A stretch of DNA of 64,000 bases from an uncultured Planctomycetota bacterium (GTDB taxonomy: Bacteria > Planctomycetota > Planctomycetia > Pirellulales > Lacipirellulaceae). The translations under genes and the position numbers were made by a program. The number at the start of each line of letters is the position of its first letter. Position 1 is the first letter of the stretch. Positions 1 to 9,597 of the stretch are shown here, piece after piece. The notes below the pieces were generated by a model that worked only from the letters and a program-made list of their open reading frames with translations, was not told where the DNA came from and did no database searches. The DNA lies in assembly GCA_963719315.1 (NCBI GenBank), contig CAVRBU010000003.1:320001-384000 (forward strand), in the 5' to 3' direction.

Positions 1-674
1 TGCTCGGTGTAGAGCGTGGTGAGTTGCGCGAGCTTTTCGGGGCTCACGGCCGGGTCGATGATTTCGTTGTTTTCGAATAACGGCAACGGTGGCGCTTCGC
101 GTTTGCGAGCGGCCGTCTCGGGCGGGATATCCTTGATCATCTCGGCCTGCAGCGGCGACATGTCGTTCGAGTACGGCAGGCCGAAGTATTCGTCGAAGCC
201 ATGTTGCAGCGGCAGAAACTGTTTGTGGTGACCGAGGTGCCACTTGCCGTAGATTGCGGTGGCATAGCCGCGGGTGCGACACAGCTCGGCAAGCGTGATC
301 TCGTTGGCATTGATGCCGATCGTCGCTTTCGCGTTGAGCGCGCCGAGAATGCTGACTCGCTCGGGATAGCAGCCGGTCATTAGGCCAGCCCGCGAGGCGG
401 AGCAGACGGCTGTAGCCGAATGGAAGTCGGTAAAGATCCGCCCTTCATGGGCCATGCGATCGAGGTGCGGCGTTTTGTAGGCCGTCGCGCCGAAGGGGCC
501 GATATCGGCGTAGCCCATGTCGTCGATGAAGATTATGACGATGTTGGGCGGACGCTTGGCGTGATTGGTCGCCGATTCTGCGCCTTGACAAGTGTCGGCT
601 GCAAAAGATGCCAGAATCAATCCAATCGCCGCACAAATGCGTCGATATGTCCACGCCTTGAAATCTTTGTTCAT
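1..674 (-). CDS. Sulfatase (arylsulfatase family), N-terminal part; runs off the window start
   Basis: Translated by hand (not in the ORF track): signal-like N-terminus, [20 protein letters not shown] formylglycine motif, [20 protein letters not shown]. Confidence 0.9.
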   Translation of the reverse strand, partial: MNKDFKAWTYRRICAAIGLILASFAADTCQGAESATNHAKRPPNIVIIFIDDMGYADIGPFGATAYKTPHLDRMAHEGRIFTDFHSATAVCSASRAGLMTGCYPERVSILGALNAKATIGINANEITLAELCRTRGYATAIYGKWHLGHHKQFLPLQHGFDEYFGLPYSNDMSPLQAEMIKDIPPETAARKREAPPLPLFENNEIIDPAVSPEKLAQLTTLYTE

Positions 675-699
675 TGCAATCGCTCGTGTTCGTCGTTTG

Positions 700-757
700 A
701 GTGTAGACCGCTCGCTCTGCGAGCAGAAATCCTCTCGCGGAGCGAGAGGTCTACACT
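700..757. repeat. GTAG-type REP-like palindrome, family A
   Basis: agtgtagacc...ggtctacact with CTCGCGGAGCGAG core; related copies at 36397-36451 and 61987-62040, half copy near 11700-11724. Confidence 0.85.
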
Positions 758-782
758 AAACTAACGCAGGGATGACCGGATG

Positions 783-1460
783 TCACGCGGCTTTAGTTTG
801 ACGGCTTTTGTAGAGCCATGCGCCGCGAAGCTTGCCGACTGGGCGGATTGCCTTCATTTCGCGAAGGCAGTACGCCATCCGTTGGGCGATCCAGCGTTCG
901 ACGCCGAGGCCGTCGGCAAGTTGGCCCGTGTGAAACGGCTGCGGCAGGGCGGGCGGCAGGAGCCGGCACAGATCGGCCGCCGTGCGGAATTGGTGGACGC
1001 TGTGCACTTCGAGCAGGTGCTGGTCTTCGACTAGATGATCGTTTTCGCGCCGCCAGCGCCGCCGGCCGTGGCCGGGATACCGCCACTCTTCGATTTCGAT
1101 TAGAGCGACTTCGAGCGTCAGCCGGCGATGTGGGAACACGCGCGTGAAGTGGACCAACTCCTCGAACACGTCGAGCAGCGTGCGGCGTTTCGGACTGCGA
1201 CGCCGCGACACGATCTGGCCGCCGGCACGGCGGAGCTTCACCAGATGCTTGGTGATGATCACGGGTTTGACGACAAGTACGTCGTGCTTTTTGAGCAGGG
1301 CGGCGATCTTATCGCGGATGGACGTTAGCGGCGCGAGTTGGATTTCGACGAGCTGTTTGCCGCGGACAACGTCGATGCGGTAGCGGCCCACGCGCTGTTC
1401 GACGGCGGCGCCGTCGATGGCGTAATGCTCCTTCAGTTGGCGATGGAGGGAGGTTTCCAT
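783..1460 (-). CDS. Conserved hypothetical protein, possible PD-(D/E)xK nuclease fold
   Basis: 225 aa ORF with RIDVV...LVEIQ motif. Confidence 0.65.
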   Translation of the reverse strand: METSLHRQLKEHYAIDGAAVEQRVGRYRIDVVRGKQLVEIQLAPLTSIRDKIAALLKKHDVLVVKPVIITKHLVKLRRAGGQIVSRRRSPKRRTLLDVFEELVHFTRVFPHRRLTLEVALIEIEEWRYPGHGRRRWRRENDHLVEDQHLLEVHSVHQFRTAADLCRLLPPALPQPFHTGQLADGLGVERWIAQRMAYCLREMKAIRPVGKLRGAWLYKSRQTKAA

Positions 1461-1469
1461 GGGGAGGAA

Positions 1470-1551
1470 TCCGTTGTCCGTGGCCAGTTGTCCGTTGAAA
1501 GTGGTTTGAATTGATTTCTTCGCAACGGACTACGGACAACGGACTAAGGAC
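1470..1551. repeat. Inverted pair of heptamer arrays (TCCGTTG / CAACGGA)
   Basis: Degenerate 7-nt units facing each other; same family at 8011-8080. Confidence 0.75.
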
Positions 1552-1553
1552 AT

Positions 1554-2105
1554 TCAGCAACTGCCGGAAATGCCAAAATCAAAAATCGTGAACAATGTTG
1601 TCAATTCGTATCCTCTCGATGCGAATGCTTCGCGGCCGCCTGCGAGGCGGTCGATGATGGCGAGGACGCGTTTGACTTTCAGGCCGACTGCTTCGCAACG
1701 CTCGATCGCAAGCAAGCTGGAGCCGCCGGTGGTGACGACGTCCTCGACGATCGCGATCGATTCACCGGATTGAAACGGGCCTTCGACCAGTTTTCCCGTG
1801 CCGTGCTGCTTGGCTTCTTTGCGAACCATGACGCCCCGCAGCGGCAGAGCATTGACTCCCGCAAGCGTGAGAATGGCGGCCGTGATCGGGTCGGCGCCGA
1901 TCGCCATGCCGCCGACGAGGTCGGGCATGTCGCCCGCCAATAGTTCGAGCATTCCTTCACCGACGAGCTTCGCGCCTTGGGCATCGAGCGTAATATGCCG
2001 GCAGTCGAGGTAATAACTAGCCTTCTTTCCAGAGGCCAATGTGAACTCACCGAATTTCAGTGCCTTGGCGCGCACAAGTTGCTGGAGCGCATCGCGGTCG
2101 TACAT
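1554..2105 (-). CDS. pyrE: Orotate phosphoribosyltransferase
   Basis: FTLASGKKASYYLDCR, VRKEAKQHG, VEDVVTTGGS PRPP motif. Confidence 0.95.
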   Translation of the reverse strand: MYDRDALQQLVRAKALKFGEFTLASGKKASYYLDCRHITLDAQGAKLVGEGMLELLAGDMPDLVGGMAIGADPITAAILTLAGVNALPLRGVMVRKEAKQHGTGKLVEGPFQSGESIAIVEDVVTTGGSSLLAIERCEAVGLKVKRVLAIIDRLAGGREAFASRGYELTTLFTIFDFGISGSC

Positions 2106-2112
2106 GGGAGGA

Positions 2113-2158
2113 TTGAGAGTCGAGAGTTAAGAGTTGAGGGTCGAGGGTCGAGGGTCAG
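2113..2158. repeat. Heptamer tandem array (GAGGGTC / GAGAGTC)
   Basis: About 6 units; same family at 31888-31922, 42442-42533 and 61472-61505. Confidence 0.8.
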
Positions 2159-2179
2159 AACGTGCGAATGGCACTTCAA

Positions 2180-2205
2180 TAGCCGCGATGCTACGCATCG
2201 CCGGG
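2180..2205. repeat. TAGCCGCGATGCTACGCATCGC palindrome, family E
   Basis: Identical copies at 19990-20039 (inverted pair) and 23666-23687. Confidence 0.85.
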
Positions 2206-2258
2206 CGTCGCGACCAACAACTTACAACTGACCTCGGCCGCTTGACAACAGACGTTTT

Positions 2259-3833
2259 TTATCGCCGAACGATCACGCGGGAACCGACCGAGAGGATGTC
2301 GGACAAATCCTCGGCATCCTGCAGCGAAACACGCAGGGCGGCAACGCCGGGGGCCGGTACGGCTGTGCCACCAGCAATCGTAAGCGTGGGTCCGCCGGGC
2401 TGTGGGCCTGGACTGGCTGCATTGCGCAAAACGATCGTTCGGTCCGCGGGGCCTGCTGAAGATACGAACTGCTGCACAGAGGATGTTCCACCCAGTTTCT
2501 GATCCACGGTCCACTGGCCTTCGGTGACTCCGGCCGGAATCGTAACAGGGAAGGTACCGGCGTAGCGACCGTCGACTTCCAGCATCAGTTCGTGGCGATG
2601 CAAATCGACCACGGCCGAGAACGGGCCACGAACAACTTTCAGTTCTTGCCCGGGCCGAAGCTGGTCGGGCGCAGGAATGCTGTTGATCTTGGCCAGTAGC
2701 TGCCAGGGGACGTTGTATTCCTTGGCGATTGTTTCCAGCGTTTCGCCCGGCATCACGACGCGGGCTGGCTCAAGCTGATGCTCCGTGGAGTAGATCACCG
2801 TGCCCGCCAACTGGCCGAGGAGGTCTTCGACTTTTTGGGTGTCGGCCGGGGCGAGCGATTCGTCGTTGTGCCACTTCGACAGGAGTTGGTGCGCTTGCTT
2901 CAGGTCGCGACGATCGAGCGCTGCCTGAATGGCGGGCCAACTCGCGGCGAACAATGCGCCGGCCGCAGTGCTCGGCTGGCTGGTAATTGGAGTTGCGGCC
3001 GGCGGAAGCGAAGCGGTACTCGTGCCAAAACCGTAACGATCGATGCTAGGCGGATTCGTTGGGTTGACTGGTGCTGTTGCTGGCAATGCACTTGGCGTCG
3101 CAGCGGGGTTGAGCGGCGGTGTCGCTATTGCCGCCGGTGTCGTTGACGCTCCATATCGGTCACCTGGTGACGGCGCTGCGACACCGGCGCCTGCGCCGTC
3201 GTTCGGCGTATCAGGCAACACATTCGCTACGTTTGGGAATGCGGGTGAGGTAGTTCCGACCCCCGTTGTGCCGAGTGGAGTGGTGTTGTCAGTAGTCGGG
3301 GCAGGATTCGTTGGCAGAACCGGCAACGTATTTGGAGCACCTGGCGGCATGTCGGCGCCTGGATTCTGGCCAGCTTCGTTACCGTAGCGCGCCGCGGGTA
3401 CGTTTTTCGGCAACTCCGTCGGGAGAGTGGCGGCAGGTTGAGCGGCCGGTGGCGTGACATTCGACGTTTGCGGAAGCTCGGGCAGATCCGGAATCGGCGG
3501 CACTTCGGGTAAACCATTGTTGGCCATGTCACCGGCGGCTGGCGTCGTAGCCCCGGCGGAATTGGCATTGCCGGCTGAGGCAGCGCCCGGCGGGATCGTC
3601 GCCGTGGGTGGCGCAACCGACGAAGTGGCCGGCGGCCAGGCCGCAGCCGCGCTATCTTGAGCAAGCGTGGCGCCGCCTCCTGCAGCAGCCAATGGTGGAA
3701 CGCCGTCTTGGGATTGGTCACCGTCTTGCGCACCGGCGTGCGGCCGCACGGGACCCTCATTGATTTTCACATATAAGTACGCGCCGACCACAACCAGGAC
3801 GGTGATCGTAAACAACGGTCGTATGGAACCCAT
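2259..3833 (-). CDS. Membrane-anchored LysM protein with Pro/Ala/Thr-rich linker and degenerate L,D-transpeptidase-like C-terminus
   Basis: ATG at 3833 with GGAGG upstream; N-terminal TM; LysM VVMPGETLETIAKEYNVPWQLLAKIN; ends LRVSLQDAEDLSDILSVGSRVIV. Confidence 0.8.
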   Translation of the reverse strand: MGSIRPLFTITVLVVVGAYLYVKINEGPVRPHAGAQDGDQSQDGVPPLAAAGGGATLAQDSAAAAWPPATSSVAPPTATIPPGAASAGNANSAGATTPAAGDMANNGLPEVPPIPDLPELPQTSNVTPPAAQPAATLPTELPKNVPAARYGNEAGQNPGADMPPGAPNTLPVLPTNPAPTTDNTTPLGTTGVGTTSPAFPNVANVLPDTPNDGAGAGVAAPSPGDRYGASTTPAAIATPPLNPAATPSALPATAPVNPTNPPSIDRYGFGTSTASLPPAATPITSQPSTAAGALFAASWPAIQAALDRRDLKQAHQLLSKWHNDESLAPADTQKVEDLLGQLAGTVIYSTEHQLEPARVVMPGETLETIAKEYNVPWQLLAKINSIPAPDQLRPGQELKVVRGPFSAVVDLHRHELMLEVDGRYAGTFPVTIPAGVTEGQWTVDQKLGGTSSVQQFVSSAGPADRTIVLRNAASPGPQPGGPTLTIAGGTAVPAPGVAALRVSLQDAEDLSDILSVGSRVIVRR

Positions 3834-3949
3834 CGATCGTCCTCCATGACGAAAGAGCGGTTGATTTCTCTGAATTTTGATGCGCAGAATGCGGGCCGCG
3901 AATGGTAGAGAATCGGCGATTCTGATGCTATCCCAGAACTTGCAGCTCG

Positions 3950-4366
3950 CTAGCTGCTTGCAGTGCCAGGTGTAGGGACGCCAAACATCGTTTTGACCGA
4001 CGGGCGCAAAAGCACAATGATCGTCAAGACACCCAGAACGGTACCAAAAGGAAAGAAGGCGCACGATATCGCGGCAACTACGAAACAGTAAGTATAGCCG
4101 ATGTGTTTTTTGAGCCGCCCAGCGGCAATGAACAATGAGATAGCAAGCAACCAAAGCATTAATATCATCACGGACGCCATGCCAACGAAAAGGATCCCGA
4201 AAAATACCGGCATGCCCTCCCCGTGATTGCCTTCCAATTTGCCGCTTAACGCGAGGATACCTATGACAAGATGAATAATTGGAAAGCAGCCGAAAAGCGC
4301 TGCAAGTCCAGCAAGGACGTAGTGGAAAGTTGAGAGCAATTCGAGATGCCTGGTATCTTCATCCAT
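3950..4366 (-). CDS. Small integral membrane protein
   Basis: 138 aa with 3-4 hydrophobic segments and FFPFGTVLG; AT-richer than flanks. Confidence 0.75.
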   Translation of the reverse strand: MDEDTRHLELLSTFHYVLAGLAALFGCFPIIHLVIGILALSGKLEGNHGEGMPVFFGILFVGMASVMILMLWLLAISLFIAAGRLKKHIGYTYCFVVAAISCAFFPFGTVLGVLTIIVLLRPSVKTMFGVPTPGTASS

Positions 4367-4417
4367 TCGTACACCTCGTCGTATTGTTCATCGACAGGGA
4401 GATTCAATGACACGCCG

Positions 4418-5792
4418 CTAGATTACTTTACAGCGAAGCCGCTCGCGAATCGATTCCAGTCTCGCTGCCAACTCCTTCTCAAACCCGCGATCGGAGGGCC
4501 GGTAGTATTCTCGCTCGACACCCAGGTAGTCTTGTGCGGCGATGCCGCCGGGGGCATTGTGGGCGTATTCGTAGTCTTTGCCGTGGCCGAGGCGCTTGGC
4601 GCCTTGGTAGTGAGCGTCTTGCAAGTGGCGCGGAACGGGCAGCAGGCGGCCTTCGCGGATGTCTTGACGGGCTTCGCCAATGGCGACCGTGACGGCGTTA
4701 GATTTTGGCGCGCAGGCGAGGTACGTCACGGCCTGGGCCAGCGTGAGTTGGCATTCGGGCAGGCCGACGAATTCGCAGGCTTGCATCGCGGCGACGGCCA
4801 GCGGCAAGGCGTGCGGGTCGGCGTTGCCGATGTCTTCGCTGGCCAGAATCACGAGGCGGCGAGTGAGGAAGCGGACGTCTTCACCCCCTTCGAGCATGCG
4901 GGCCAGCCAGTAGAGGCCGGCGTCGGGGTCGCTGCCGCGGATGCTTTTGATGAGCGCGCTGGCCGCGTCGTAGTGGTCGTCGCCGGTGGGGTCGTAGCGG
5001 ATGGCTTTGCGTTGGACGGCGTCGGCGATGAGGTCGCGGGTGAGGTGAAACTGTCCCTTTTGGGTGGCATGCTCACGCTCCGCTGCGCTGCGAGAGCATG
5101 GCACCCCTTTCTTCACTCGACAATACGGCGACTTCTAAAGCGCCGAGGGCGCGGCGGGCGTCGCCGTCGGAGACTTCGGCGAGGAAGTGGAGGGCGTCCT
5201 GGTCGATCGTGGCGCTGTATAGGCCGAGGCCGCGGGTTTTGTCGGTGAGCGCGCGGCGGACGAGAGATTTGATATCGTCGGTCGATAGCGGCTCGAACTC
5301 GAACACGCGGCTGCGGCTGACGAGGGCGTCGTTCACAGCGAAAAACGGATTGGATGTGGTGAGACCGACGAGAATGACGACGCCTTCTTCCACGTCCGGC
5401 AATAAAGCGTCCTGCTGGGCGCGATTAAAGCGATGAATCTCATCAATCACGAGCAGCGTGGGCCGCCCGCCCGCCGCGACCTCGTTGCGCGCCTCCTCCA
5501 ATATCTCGCGGACATCCTTAACGCCGCTGGTGACGGCGCTCAATTGTCGAAAACGGCTGTCGGTCTCCTGGGCCAACAGTCGGGCCAGCGTCGTCTTGCC
5601 GGTGCCCGGCGGGCCGTAAAAAATAACCGAACCCAACCGACGGGCCTGTAGCATGCGCCACAACAATTTGCCTTCGCCGAGAAAATGCTGCTGGCCGACA
5701 AACTCGACGAGCTGCGTGGGCCGCATGCGAGCTGCAAGGGGCTGCACTTGCTCACGGTTGGCGGTTTCACTTTGAGCGAAGAGGTCGGGCAT
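4418..5792 (-). CDS. rarA: Replication-associated recombination protein A (MgsA/RarA), split by an apparent 1-nt frameshift near 5108
   Basis: PLAARMRP, GPPGTGKT, IDEIHRFN in the upstream ORF; HYDAASALIKSIRGSDPDA and ASEDIGNADP in the downstream ORF. Confidence 0.92.
5062..5106. repeat. GGGTGGC-type palindrome inside rarA
   Basis: gggtggcatgctc...gagcatggcaccc; termini and CGCTGCGCT core resemble intergenic family F. Confidence 0.75.
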
Positions 5793-5871
5793 ATTCGTAT
5801 TCAGGAATGGAAACTCGGACTAAAATTGGTGAGCAGAACTTCGATTTGGCTCACTCTATGGTTAGCGATCG

Positions 5872-6483
5872 ATGGATACAATCGAGGCCATGCGTTATTA
5901 CTTCCAGCTTGTCATGGTTTTGGTTGGAGTGCTTGCCGGCATCGTTGCGGCATTCGGACCCATGATATGCATCGCACGCTGGATATTAGCACCAATCGAC
6001 CGAGCCGCGAAGTCTCGCCAAGCGCCGGCCCGGTTTTCGATCGGCGACTTCTTGTGCTTGTTCATTCTTATCCAAATCCCGTTGGCGGCCGTTTCTCAAT
6101 TGCGAGATACCGATAACGAACGCCCATTGTGGATGGCTACGACCGTCGTGTGGATCTTGGGCACGGTCATTTGGTTTAAGGGGGCGCGAACATTGTCGAG
6201 GGCCGGCGTGGCGAACGGCGCTCATCGATTCGTGTATCTCGGCCTGGTTCTTCCGATCGTTTATTACGGGGTGCTTCCGTACACATTTCTCACGTGTTTC
6301 GGTATTTCTATATTTTTTGGCAATAACATCCAAGGCGATGGAGTTGGGTGGGCGTTCGTAGCGTGGTCACTGCTGAGCGTCTCATATTTTTTTAAGTGCG
6401 AAATTCACGCGATGGATGCTGCAAATTGCAAGGCCAGAAGGGATTCTCGTCGAGGAAATTGCCTCGACCCAAGTGCTGCTTGA
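5872..6483 (+). CDS. Hypothetical multi-pass membrane protein; possible frameshift in the T-run near 6387
   Basis: Several hydrophobic segments; the C-terminus may continue in the 6416..6601 frame. Confidence 0.65.
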   Translation: MDTIEAMRYYFQLVMVLVGVLAGIVAAFGPMICIARWILAPIDRAAKSRQAPARFSIGDFLCLFILIQIPLAAVSQLRDTDNERPLWMATTVVWILGTVIWFKGARTLSRAGVANGAHRFVYLGLVLPIVYYGVLPYTFLTCFGISIFFGNNIQGDGVGWAFVAWSLLSVSYFFKCEIHAMDAANCKARRDSRRGNCLDPSAA

Positions 6484-6510
6484 GGGACGCCGTGTCTGCA
6501 GTCTGACTCG

Positions 6511-7185
6511 TCAGTTAGAAAACGGAACTACGAGTCCCGATGCAGGCAGCATCTCCGCGAGTGGGCACGTCTCGCACTTGGGTGAGGTGCGTTTGCAGTA
6601 GTCCTTGCCGACCCGCACTAACAAGGCATGGTACTCATTGTAGAGCGGCGCGTCGGCGGGCAGGTCGGATTCGAATTGGTCCTTGATTTGGTGGTAGTCG
6701 GCGTCGTAATCGATCCAGCCATGGCGGGCGAGGATGCGGTGCGTGTACGTGTCCACTACGAAAGTGGGCAGGCCGCCGGCATAGAGGAGAATTGCGTCGG
6801 CAGTTTCAGGGCCGATGCCGTGGATCGCCAGGAGTTGTTCGCGGAGCGTCGATAGGCTGACACGGAACATGGCGTCGAGCGAGCCGTCGAATTCGTCGAG
6901 GACGAACTTCAGGAGATTCCGCAGCCGCTTGGCTTTCACTTGATAATAACCCGCAGGCCGGATCAACTCGGCCAGTTCGGCGGGTGGCAGGGCGTATAGC
7001 GCACACGGCTGCATGACGCCCGCCTCGCGCAAATTCTCAATTGCCCGCTCGACGTTTCGCCAGGCGGTGTTCTGCACGAGCACGGCGCCGACCATGATCT
7101 CGAATGGCGAATCGCCCGGCCACCAACGTTGCGGACCGAATGCGGCCAGCAGTCGTTCATACGCTTGGAGCAATTTCGATGACAT
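6511..7185 (-). CDS. Endonuclease III-like HhH-GPD DNA glycosylase family protein
   Basis: GPQRWWP, GAVLVQNTAW, HhH GIGPETADAILLYA, VVDTY, C-terminal Cys cluster; start re-called to ATG 7185. Confidence 0.88.
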   Translation of the reverse strand: MSSKLLQAYERLLAAFGPQRWWPGDSPFEIMVGAVLVQNTAWRNVERAIENLREAGVMQPCALYALPPAELAELIRPAGYYQVKAKRLRNLLKFVLDEFDGSLDAMFRVSLSTLREQLLAIHGIGPETADAILLYAGGLPTFVVDTYTHRILARHGWIDYDADYHQIKDQFESDLPADAPLYNEYHALLVRVGKDYCKRTSPKCETCPLAEMLPASGLVVPFSN

Positions 7186-7463
7186 CGTACTACGCGCGCC
7201 CCAGGTCGCAGACAAGCCCGGCGACAGAATCAGACCAGCACCAAAAGTCAAGTCTGAAAATGATACAATAATCACACACGAGGAACCGACCTTTGATGCA
7301 CTTTTTCGGAGCGAGTATAATTGGTTTACACGAGAAGATTTGGCAGGTTTAACAGCAGCGTTATCTCTGTTTGCTCCTGTTAAACAATCAATCCGACTTT
7401 GATGAATGATCAACCGTGAGTGCGGATTTCGAAAGACCCGCGCTCAATTGATAGGAATCATAC

Positions 7464-8009
7464 GTGTTATCCGTTCGCCCGCGTATCGCCGAATTGGTGT
7501 TTCAGCTCTATGGGAGGTCGCTGCATCCGGAGTTGTTCGAAATCCATCGCAGCCGGCAGATCGAACGCGGCGGTTACACGGCAAATATCCAGATCACCAA
7601 TGCGGGTCACGTGGTCACCTGGCAATACGATGGCTTGACGCTGACCGAAGTGGCCGCGTCGGCCCAGCACCCGTTGCCGCAGCGGCGGCGGCTGATGTCG
7701 CACCGCTTGAAGGACAGTTGCGCCGACGATCTCGAATGCCGGGGCGGAATCACGTACCACGTGGATTTCTCCTTGGAGCCGGTCGCCCGCGAGATGTTTT
7801 GGACTTATCAGAAAGAGCTGACGCAGATCGGCGCTCGCGAAGGCCTGCTGCATTGCTTCGAATCGAGCGGTCGGTTCGGGCTGGGGGCGATGAGCTACAT
7901 CAACGTCGAATCGCGCGACCGCAGCCTCAAAGTGCAGGCGTTTCACACGTTTCCCGACGATTACGCGATTGTGAAGAGCCAGTCGGTGTTTGCGCTGCCA
8001 AGCAAATAG
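7464..8009 (+). CDS. DUF2617-like conserved protein
   Basis: GRSLHPELFE, GHVV and FHTFPDD...KSQS motifs. Confidence 0.7.
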   Translation: MLSVRPRIAELVFQLYGRSLHPELFEIHRSRQIERGGYTANIQITNAGHVVTWQYDGLTLTEVAASAQHPLPQRRRLMSHRLKDSCADDLECRGGITYHVDFSLEPVAREMFWTYQKELTQIGAREGLLHCFESSGRFGLGAMSYINVESRDRSLKVQAFHTFPDDYAIVKSQSVFALPSK

Positions 8010-8010
8010 A

Positions 8011-8080
8011 TTGTCCGTGGTCCTTTGTCCGTAATCCGTTGCTTGGAATTGCAACGGACAACCGACCACGGACAACGGAC
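8011..8080. repeat. Inverted heptamer arrays (TCCGTTG / CAACGGA) between convergent genes
   Basis: Same unit as 1470-1551. Confidence 0.75.
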
Positions 8081-8103
8081 TCTCTTCATTATGAGCGGCT
8101 TAG

Positions 8104-8433
8104 TCAACGCGCTATAGCAGCATTTGTGCAATCGAGAATCGACTGCCAATCCCGTTGCGTCACGCGGCCGATGCTTGCGGTTATTGCCCGCTGTGGCAAC
8201 GTCACGAAGAACGAGCGAAATGCCGACTCCACTCGCAGGTTTGACGACTGCCAATCTTGCAAAACGTAGTCCGTTGGCCCGATAGCGGACGATACCTGGC
8301 TTGTGAGCAGCCCCACAATTACGTCAGGCCGCACTTGATGGTACAAGTCTGAAGAAACCACGACGGCTGGTCGACGTTTCGTGCCTTGGACGCCTGGAAA
8401 GTCGACAACGACAATGTCCCCGAGGGCAGCCAT
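8104..8433 (-). CDS. PemK/MazF-family toxin
   Basis: GDIVVVDFP...KRRPAVVVS...GLLTS. Confidence 0.85.
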   Translation of the reverse strand: MAALGDIVVVDFPGVQGTKRRPAVVVSSDLYHQVRPDVIVGLLTSQVSSAIGPTDYVLQDWQSSNLRVESAFRSFFVTLPQRAITASIGRVTQRDWQSILDCTNAAIAR

Positions 8434-8438
8434 CTTGA

Positions 8439-8645
8439 CTACTCTTCGCCAAGCGACTGCGCCGCGTAGTTCGCCGAGTACCGCGCCACATCACTGATGT
8501 CTTCCTCCGACCACTCGTCGGAGTAGTCCAGAACCGAAGCGGATGACTCGGTCAAACCTTCGAGGATCAGCGTCGCCAATCGGAGCTGCTCTGATTTAGG
8601 CAGTGCAAGGACGTCACTTGAATAAATCTGCTGTGCCCGCTGCAT
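8439..8645 (-). CDS. Putative antitoxin (small acidic protein)
   Basis: Immediately upstream of the MazF-like gene; LPKSEQLRLATLIL...WSEED. Confidence 0.6.
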   Translation of the reverse strand: MQRAQQIYSSDVLALPKSEQLRLATLILEGLTESSASVLDYSDEWSEEDISDVARYSANYAAQSLGEE

Positions 8646-8725
8646 GCAATTCGCTCCCAAAAAGGAATCCGATTCGTATCCAGTCCAGCTATCCATCATG
8701 CTTACTTCAATCATAGCCTGCAACG

Positions 8726-9550
8726 TCAACCGCGACCAACGGAATTGACCCTCTCGAGAAATCGCACAATCGCTTCATTAACGGCCGATGGCGATTCCAG
8801 GGTGGTCATATGGCCCGAGTTGGGAATTTCGACGAACTCTGCGTTGGGAATTGCGTTGGCGACTTCACACATTTCGGCGGATGAACTGATGGCGTCGTCT
8901 CCACCAACGAAAACCAGCGTGGGTACCTGAATCGAGGGCAGCATTGCGGTTACGTCCGGGCGGGCGGCCATGCCGCGCTGGGCTGCCGCGATCGCAGCGG
9001 GCGGCGTTCGCTCGACGACGCGGCGGATTTCGGCCATCAGTTGCGGCCTTGTTTCGAGCGCTCGGGCCGAAAGCAATTTGGGCCCCATCATCTCGGCCAC
9101 GCGGCGGCTGCCCCACTCGGCGACGTTGTCGGCCATTTTGATGCGCCCGGCGCGGGTTTCGTCGGTGTCGGCGACGGCCCGCGTATCGCACTGGATTAAC
9201 GCCCGTACTCGAAGGCCATATTTACGCAGGAATTGCCAGGCGATGTAGCCGCCCATTGAAAAGCCGACCAGTACAACTGGCTCGGTGATGCCGATTGCGT
9301 CGAGCAGTTCCGCCAACTCATCGGCGTATTGTTCCATTGCGATGCCGCGGGTCGGATCGACTTCGCCAAGCGGCGACTCGCCGAATCCGCGCAAGTCGGG
9401 TGCGACGACGCGGCCTTGCTCGGTGAGTGCATCGATCTGGGCGTTCCACATTGTGTGGTCGAGCGGGAAGCCGTGGATGAGCACGATGGGCGTGCCGTGG
9501 CCGCGATCGATGTAGGCGATATCGCTGTGACTGAGAGCGATTGTGTTCAC
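8726..9550 (-). CDS. Alpha/beta hydrolase
   Basis: HGFP, PDLRGFG, GFSMGG nucleophile, D and GH catalytic residues; start re-called downstream of the REP. Confidence 0.9.
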   Translation of the reverse strand: MNTIALSHSDIAYIDRGHGTPIVLIHGFPLDHTMWNAQIDALTEQGRVVAPDLRGFGESPLGEVDPTRGIAMEQYADELAELLDAIGITEPVVLVGFSMGGYIAWQFLRKYGLRVRALIQCDTRAVADTDETRAGRIKMADNVAEWGSRRVAEMMGPKLLSARALETRPQLMAEIRRVVERTPPAAIAAAQRGMAARPDVTAMLPSIQVPTLVFVGGDDAISSSAEMCEVANAIPNAEFVEIPNSGHMTTLESPSAVNEAIVRFLERVNSVGRG

Positions 9551-9565
9551 GTGTTGCCACGCACC

Positions 9566-9597
9566 AGGGTGTGTCTCGAAGACTCGACACACCCTAC
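9566..9597. repeat. GTAG REP family B, single copy, overlapping a stop codon
   Basis: agggtgtgtc...gacacaccctac; matches the arms of 13667-13742. Confidence 0.85.

Noticed and set aside
5073..5116. Programmed frameshifting in rarA, rlmN or the M50 gene
   Set aside because: No shared slippery heptamer; the number and homopolymer context fit sequencing error better
6511..6620. Endonuclease III-like protein with only three cluster cysteines as a novelty
   Set aside because: A minor variation in a diverse family; cannot be shown to be unusual without an alignment
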